Shown: positions 58,043 through 64,000 of the stretch, one piece after another
How positions within the stretch are numbered: the stretch's first letter is position 1
How the letters are laid out: every line of letters starts with the position of its first letter
DNA from: Flaccisagitta enflata
Taxonomy: Eukaryota
Length of the DNA stretch: 64,000 bases
Reading direction: 5' to 3'
NCBI GenBank assembly: GCA_965153355.1
Contig: OZ231126.1
Location: 32,116,001 to 32,180,000 of the forward strand
Notes under the pieces: generated by a model
Database searches by the model: none
The model's input: only the letters and a program-made list of their open reading frames with translations
What the model was told of the DNA's origin: nothing
Translations under genes and position numbers: made by a program

Positions 58043-59714
58043 TTGATAATTGATCCTTCAAACTTGAAATCTTGCGTGTAGTCACGTTATCGCTAACTCA
58101 GCAATCTCTGCAACTGAGGCTCCGATTCTGCAAAGCCGCCACGTAGCATGAAAGTATCAGCTAAAACTAACGCACTTTTCATACGTTCACAGGCTATGGG
58201 TCGAATGCAGCCCAACCTCTCTTTTCTGCCACCACCCCACTCCCCCCCCCCCATGACCCCAGTTTGTCCTCTTGTTCACATCAAGGAGCCACATTTCCAA
58301 AACCAATCCGTTTTCCATCAGGCTGGTAACCTGAGTCTCTGACTGTCCAGCGCGTGTTTTTTTTTTCATTTTTTTCATTTTTTTTTTGTCCAGCGCGTGT
58401 AGGTTGGCAGCCTCAGTGCTGGAGGCTTTACGATCACTCTCAAGCAAGCGGTGTAAATAGAGTAAGTTTGAAAAGGTCTCCTCGAGTACTCGATTAAATG
58501 ACATTGTAGCCCGACCAGGCGCCTGGTCGGGCTACAATGCAGGCCCTAGTCCCAGCAAGAATAGATACTCGACAATTTTATTTTTAATATATTCAACCCC
58601 TCAAAGAGATCGCAATTGTGTTGGGCAGTTAAACGGTTAAATAAAAAAAGACTTATTCACACTTATTCATTTGCAAAGTCATTGGGCCCTTTTTTCGTCA
58701 GCAAAAAAAAAAGAGAGATTTGACGCCAAGAATGACTTTTTTTTCGCTTAAAGAACTCCTTATGGCGAGTTTGAAGCGTATGACTGCAATATGCAAATGA
58801 GGGTTTTATCCACCTACCTCACAGGTGAAGCGCTTTTAGGTTTAAGTTAAAAGATGTTGCAGACGAAGTCAAAAATAGGGCATTTTGCTCTGGACTTTTA
58901 GGACCTTCACCTCTTTCTGTCTTGGGTTCCTTTCACTCATGAAAGTTCTCTCTCACTCTATTTTCCAACCAACTTAATTCATCCCCTTTCCCGGCTACAC
59001 AGAATCGGTCCATCTGCAATACCATATTCAATTGGCACTCAACATGCATCGTTTCCTTACTGTTAGAGGACGGTTATAACAAAATCTACCCTAACAAAAA
59101 TGCAATACAGAGTTTTTTTGTGTTTTTGCACTGTACATGGGTTGTGCTAAGCTAAGAAAACAAGGCCAACGTGTTACAAGTTGCATGTGGTCTTGAAGAC
59201 TAAAAGATTAAAAACACTTAAAGACCAAAGATAAAACTTAGCCTTGTTAATCACAAAAAGCAAAGTTTGACGGACCAAACTGACAGACAGACAGACAGAC
59301 AGACAGATATGAGAATAGACAGACAGACAGACAGACAGAACGGTGTCATAGAGTCGTGCACGCGACTAAAAAGTCTAGCCAAATATTACCTCTGTAAGGT
59401 GGCTGGTTGGGCTGTTTGTAAACGCATAAAAAATATGGCAAAAATGATGCAAATTCATGTAAAGAAAATTTTGAAAAATGTAAAAAGTAATATAAAATTG
59501 TGTAAAATCCAAAAATATCATGTTTGTACTCATCCATGATATCTTTTTCGGGAATTACATAAAAAAAATGTTTTTAAGTAGCCTGAAACAGCCTATCAAC
59601 CGCTTGATTTAGTATAATGTTCAAATTTAAACAACAAGGCCAGACACACGGCTACCCATTGTGTGCAGGTGGACCAGGACAGTGATAAAAAAGGCTAAAA
59701 AATCACAATGGCGA

Positions 59715-59905
59715 TCTTTCCATCGATTTGAAGAAAGACTGGCAGCAGCAGAGGTGCGAGGCAAAACTTTAGGGTCCACTCGTGTCAAGCGTGAGGCAAT
59801 TTTGTCACAACACTTTTTGTATAGCAGGCCATCCAAGATATCTGATTTTTCCCCATTGACATCGTATATTACAACAAATGCAGCTTCACCAGCATGATTG
59901 ATCAC
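59715..59905 (-). pseudogene. Decayed DNA-transposon ORF fragment, Academ(X)-type
   Basis: Translates AGEAAFVVIYDVNGEKSDILDGLLYKKCCDKIASRLTRVDPKVLPRTSAAA, resembling the AGE.A...LY......LD.LRY..FC.K......V.P..LPPTSAAA motif found upstream of the Cys-rich C-terminus in Academ-type proteins. Truncated by a HINE. Confidence 0.6.
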
Positions 59906-60468
59906 TTTTCACTAAGCTTTTATTCTCAGTCACGGCAATTTTTTTTATCTATTAGATTGAATAAAGAGCTATTGTACAAATTGATTGCACTGAAAATCAG
60001 AGAAAAATAGATCTGAGCCAAATGAGCTAGATGAGCTGAAATACTCAATATCACTAAACCAGACAAACAGCTACTCTCACTGATATGCTTTTTTGTATTT
60101 GATTGCTCAGACACGTGTCAAAAGATTTAATTTTCCTAATTGAAATCGGTAAAAAAGATTGAGCTAAATATGCTGGAATACTAAAAAACACTCACAGCAG
60201 CTATGCTCATGAATATGTTTTCTAGTATTTGCATGCTCGCACATGTATCAAAACATTAATCGACCTATCCCATTGCAATTCAGTTAAAAAGATTGAGCTA
60301 AATGAGGTAAAGCAGCTAGAATACTCAAAAACACTCACAGATGAGCAGGCCTCTTGACTCTGGAGCAGCGAGCAGCGCCGCTTCTCGGCAAGGAAGGAAG
60401 ATATCGGCAGGTCCCAGAAGACGAAGACGAAGAAGAAGAAGAAGAAGAAGAAGAAGGAGAAGAAGAAG

Positions 60469-60500
<32 letters not shown>

Positions 60501-62272
60501 GAAGAAGGTAAAAAGAGGAAGAAGAAGTAGAAAAGAAGGCCGGATAATGATGGCCAACATTTCAGTGCGCCGGCAAGCATTAATTCTTAGACCTATCCCT
60601 AGCTCCATCAGACCTATCCCTAGCTCTATCAGACCTATCCCTAGCTCTATCAGGCCTTTCCCGAGCTCTGTCAGACCTATCCCGAGCTCTACCAGCCCTA
60701 TCCCGAGCTTTATCAGACCTATCCCCACACCTTTCCGACCTATCACCAGACCTATCCGACCTATCCCCAGACCTATCCGACCTATCCCCAGCTGATTATC
60801 TTTGTGAATGAAATGACGAGAATCATCAATGATGAGATGAGTTTTCAATTGATTTCTAACATTTTCAGCGATTTTCCATTGGAGCGTGACCGACAGATGG
60901 ACGGACCGACAGAGCCTCTTATAGAGGTGCTATGGCGCATCTGCACTTTGAAATGTTAACTCTCCATATACTTTGAGTAGGTGAAAAGAAAAAAGTTAAC
61001 ATAGAGGATCGCGGTTTTTTTTCAAGAAAACTAGACCATTGACCGCATTGGTTACAGTTTTTTTGCCTTATTATCGTCACATTACTCCAAAGTAAAAATT
61101 AATAAGCAAAATCTCAGTTTCTCTGATATGTGGTCGTAGACCTGATCTCACCTCTCAGTGGGGCACTTAATATTGGCGTTCTTTACCATTTTTGAAAGTA
61201 GAAACGCAGATAAACGCAGTGGTGCAATCAGAATTTCAAAAAGTTATCATTTAGTATGTTTTTTAGCCAATTTAAAAAAAAAAATTCTCCTTTTTTCACT
61301 CAATTTCGATTCCCCTTTTTTTGAACAACAACTTCCAGAGAGAGAACAGTTTGGTTGGCAAAGCTGGAAATCTCTCCAAATAAGGTTGAGGATAAGGGCT
61401 TTCCAATCGTGTATAAATGAAAGAAAAGTATGCTTCGGCATATTAGTAGTACTATGCCAAAGTTAAGCTATCGAATTTCTAGCATTGCTCTCTCTTTTTG
61501 AGTTCCCCTCATAGTTGACTCTCATTGGTTCGATCTCAACTGTTCCGATCTCGGATTGGCCGAGCGAACTCTCATCATCATGAGAGCAAAACCTCGCCTC
61601 GAAGCTACAGATAATCAATTCAACTTATTGAGTTCCACTCATGTAACACTTTTCTATAGCAAAATCTGTTACGGCTTGCCAGACTCTGGTGTCCTACAAA
61701 TTATTTGAAGTTTTAGAGAAAGCTTCTAGAGAGGAAAACAGAAGGCCATGCGATTAGAAGGAAAAACAATGTTTTTTAACTACTACAATTTTTACACACT
61801 TGCATCACGTCTATTGACTTGCAAAGTGTATGGTATCTTATTTCGGCTATTAGCTTTCATTTAAAAAAAAAAATTGTGTGAATACTCGCCTCCATTCAAA
61901 TTCTAGCAAATGTAGAAGAAAACTAAGACTAACATTACAGAGTGATCTGGGAATCATTCACCGTCTGAGGAATAAGGTTCTAGAGGGGTTCATCAAAAAG
62001 GTGAGTCCGGTGGCACCTATCAAGTTGGGTCTTGAAATGTGCGCATTACCTTGGGGAATACTAATCCGGGCTTGTTAGACCCAATATCAGGTGCGTGTTC
62101 GAATGTCTCAAAAAAAAGTGCCCAAAATGGCCGTTTTTGGCGTTTTTTGGCCTAAAACCCATCTTAAACTTAGAAATAAGCCTTGAAATTTCACATGCAA
62201 ATGTATTGGAGCCTAATTAAGCTGTATGTAAAAAATTATGAGTCTGTGAAAATCTTAAGGTACCTACAGTAC

Positions 62273-62901
62273 CAGCGCCGTATGGGAGGCTATGACTCTG
62301 GGGGGTCCACTCCCACTTTGTGTCACGACAACATCTTAGTGTCCCAACTAACTATGATCTTTTGTCTCTATATGTATTGAGAACATTAATTTTTCTCACA
62401 TATCAGTAAAAGAAAGCTTGTTTTAAATGTAAGAACAGTAGAAGATTTTTTTTTAAAAATGAAGACACTTGGTTGTGAGCTCTTTTACTATTGCCATGGG
62501 TGGCGTTTTTCCTGCACTTAACAATGTAAGGTGAACATTGTGCTTTACGACATTTAGGAGAGAACCGAAATCACTGTCCAGCAGACATCTTTGGAAGAAA
62601 AGATTTAGATGATACCAGTTTTTCATGATGGAGTAAATGGGTACAATGAAAAAAGGTTCAGAAATGAAGAAACACGCAAAATGATCGGTTTGAGTATTGC
62701 CACCTAAACTATGAGAGCCCGTATTTGTGAATGGCACAGTGGTGGCAGTCAATTCCACTAATCCCCTTTGTATTGGATTCAAAACAATCCCTCTTTCTCC
62801 CCCCCTCCTCGGTCTTTCTCTCTTCCTCTCCTCTTCCGCTCGGTCTTTCTCTCTCTCTCTCCTCTACCGCTCGGTCTTTCTCTCTCTCTCTCCTCTGCCG
62901 C

Positions 62902-62948
<47 letters not shown>

Positions 62949-63001
62949 CCCGACAAGGTGCCGCCATGGCGGCCCTGGCGGCCCCTTGCCATACGGCCCT
63001 G
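62273..63001. mobile_element. hAT-type MITE inserted into the left TIR of a Tc1/mariner MITE
   Basis: 8-bp TSD TACAGTAC at 62265-62272 and 63002-63009; TIRs CAGCGCCGTATGG / CCATACGGCCCTG. Confidence 0.88.
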
Positions 63002-63171
63002 TACAGTACCATAGGAGCAATGAGAACCTCAGATGGAGGGTCATTTCCTGCTTCACTATTCTAATGAAGTAGCTTCAATTATGGTTTTTCTGAAAGCTGA
63101 TGAGCAAGAGCTTTGAGTGAATATAGTTTTATTCCTCTAGCTCTAACTGCTGACCAAAAAGAAAAAAAGTG

Positions 63172-63262
63172 CAGCACCACTCGGGATTTGAACCTGTGAC
63201 ACTGAAGAGGGAGAAATTATCTTTCTCAAGTTCATCACTCTATCAACAGAGCTATCACGCCA
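63172..63262 (-). pseudogene. tRNA-derived sequence (pseudo-tRNA or SINE head) inside the MITE
   Basis: Minus strand gatagctctgttgatagagtg (A-box/D-arm-like) ... caggttcaaatcccgagtg (B-box/T-arm-like); extended anticodon region and poor acceptor stem. Confidence 0.45.
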
Positions 63263-64000
63263 CATGCAATTTGAAGACATCAATTGGCGGTTTTGTTATG
63301 AATCACTTGGTTTGGAATTTTGTGTTCACTCAATACCTTGAACCATCAGCTTTCAGAAAAACCAAAGCTTTAGGTTCTTCCTTTAAACAGTGAGAATATA
63401 GAGGGCCCTCTTTCTACTGCTCTTATTGCTCCCATCGTACTGTAAATTTTGAAAAAACAGTTTTTTTGTGATTTTTTTTTAAATGTCGTTACCCCCCCCC
63501 AACAGTTGACCGATTTGGACAAAATTTTTACTACTGAAGGTATTTCATTTTGTGGACTACTTCCATGTAGAATTTCATCAAAATCGGAGCACTTTAGGCA
63601 CCAAAAATTGTGTTCGAAAATCCAAAATTCTGGGAAAAAAAAACCAAAAATCGTCTTTGAGCCTGAGACATTGCCATAATATGGCAGGCACCTATCAGAA
63701 CCAACACAAAATTTTTTAGGGGACTCTTGGTGATGCCCAAAAAAATTTGGTATCCCTGAGAGCCTTTTTTGGGTGTCAAATAACAATTTAGTGAAGACCG
63801 TAAAACCAAAAATCGCGAAAATGGCCTATTTTTGGCTTTTTTTCAACCTGTAACCTAAAAAGAAGGTGAAATATGGCCCTGAAATTTGAAATGCACATGA
63901 ATTAGACCGTACTGAATCTTTTTCTGTAAAAAGAATTTTGTTTTTGAAAATTTTAAGGTACCTTAATTTTGAAAAAACGGCTATTTTGCAATTTTTTTAA

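Larger units (their letters stand above)
62267..63442. mobile_element. Tc1/mariner-type MITE with TIRs of about 130 bp
   Basis: TA|CAGTAC[hAT]CATAGGAGCAAT...ATTGCTCCCATCGTACTG|TA. The empty site aaggtacc-t(a/t)-aattttgaaaaaac is seen in the host repeat at about 63955. Confidence 0.8.

Noticed and set aside
58095..58150. Minus-strand MLRGG... as a ubiquitin-like end or the upstream PFAS exon
   Set aside because: Only 18 codons before a stop; no ubiquitin fold residues and no EYQE motif.

Overview
AT-rich, microsatellite- and transposon-dense genomic DNA from an intron-containing eukaryote, most likely an invertebrate animal; the taxon cannot be identified from the sequence. Most ORFs in the supplied track are artefacts of (AG)n/(AC)n/(GAA)n repeats or transposon arms. 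Reading splice sites by eye gives three coding units. (1) A minus-strand gene of at least 4 phase-compatible exons (4242 to 266) encoding a small Cys-rich VWC/pacifastin-like module followed by an atypical C-type lectin domain. (2) A plus-strand gene of at least 4 phase-compatible exons (11362 to 26815) encoding a Gly/Pro/Ser/Thr-rich tail with two PPxY motifs. (3) A single minus-strand exon (57782-57956) matching PFAS/PurL (FGAM synthase), whose next exon I could not find in the 57 kb downstream. The rest is a deeply nested set of non-autonomous DNA transposons with readable TIRs and TSDs (hAT, Tc1/mariner-pogo, MULE-like, Academ-like, Transib-like), several Helentron/DINE-1-like (HINE) families, some carrying central tandem arrays, and a decayed Academ-type ORF fragment. 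I found no clearly new biological system. The most interesting items are the orphan PFAS exon, the co-varying HINE end structures, the lectin domain architecture and the Transib-like and Academ-like elements.
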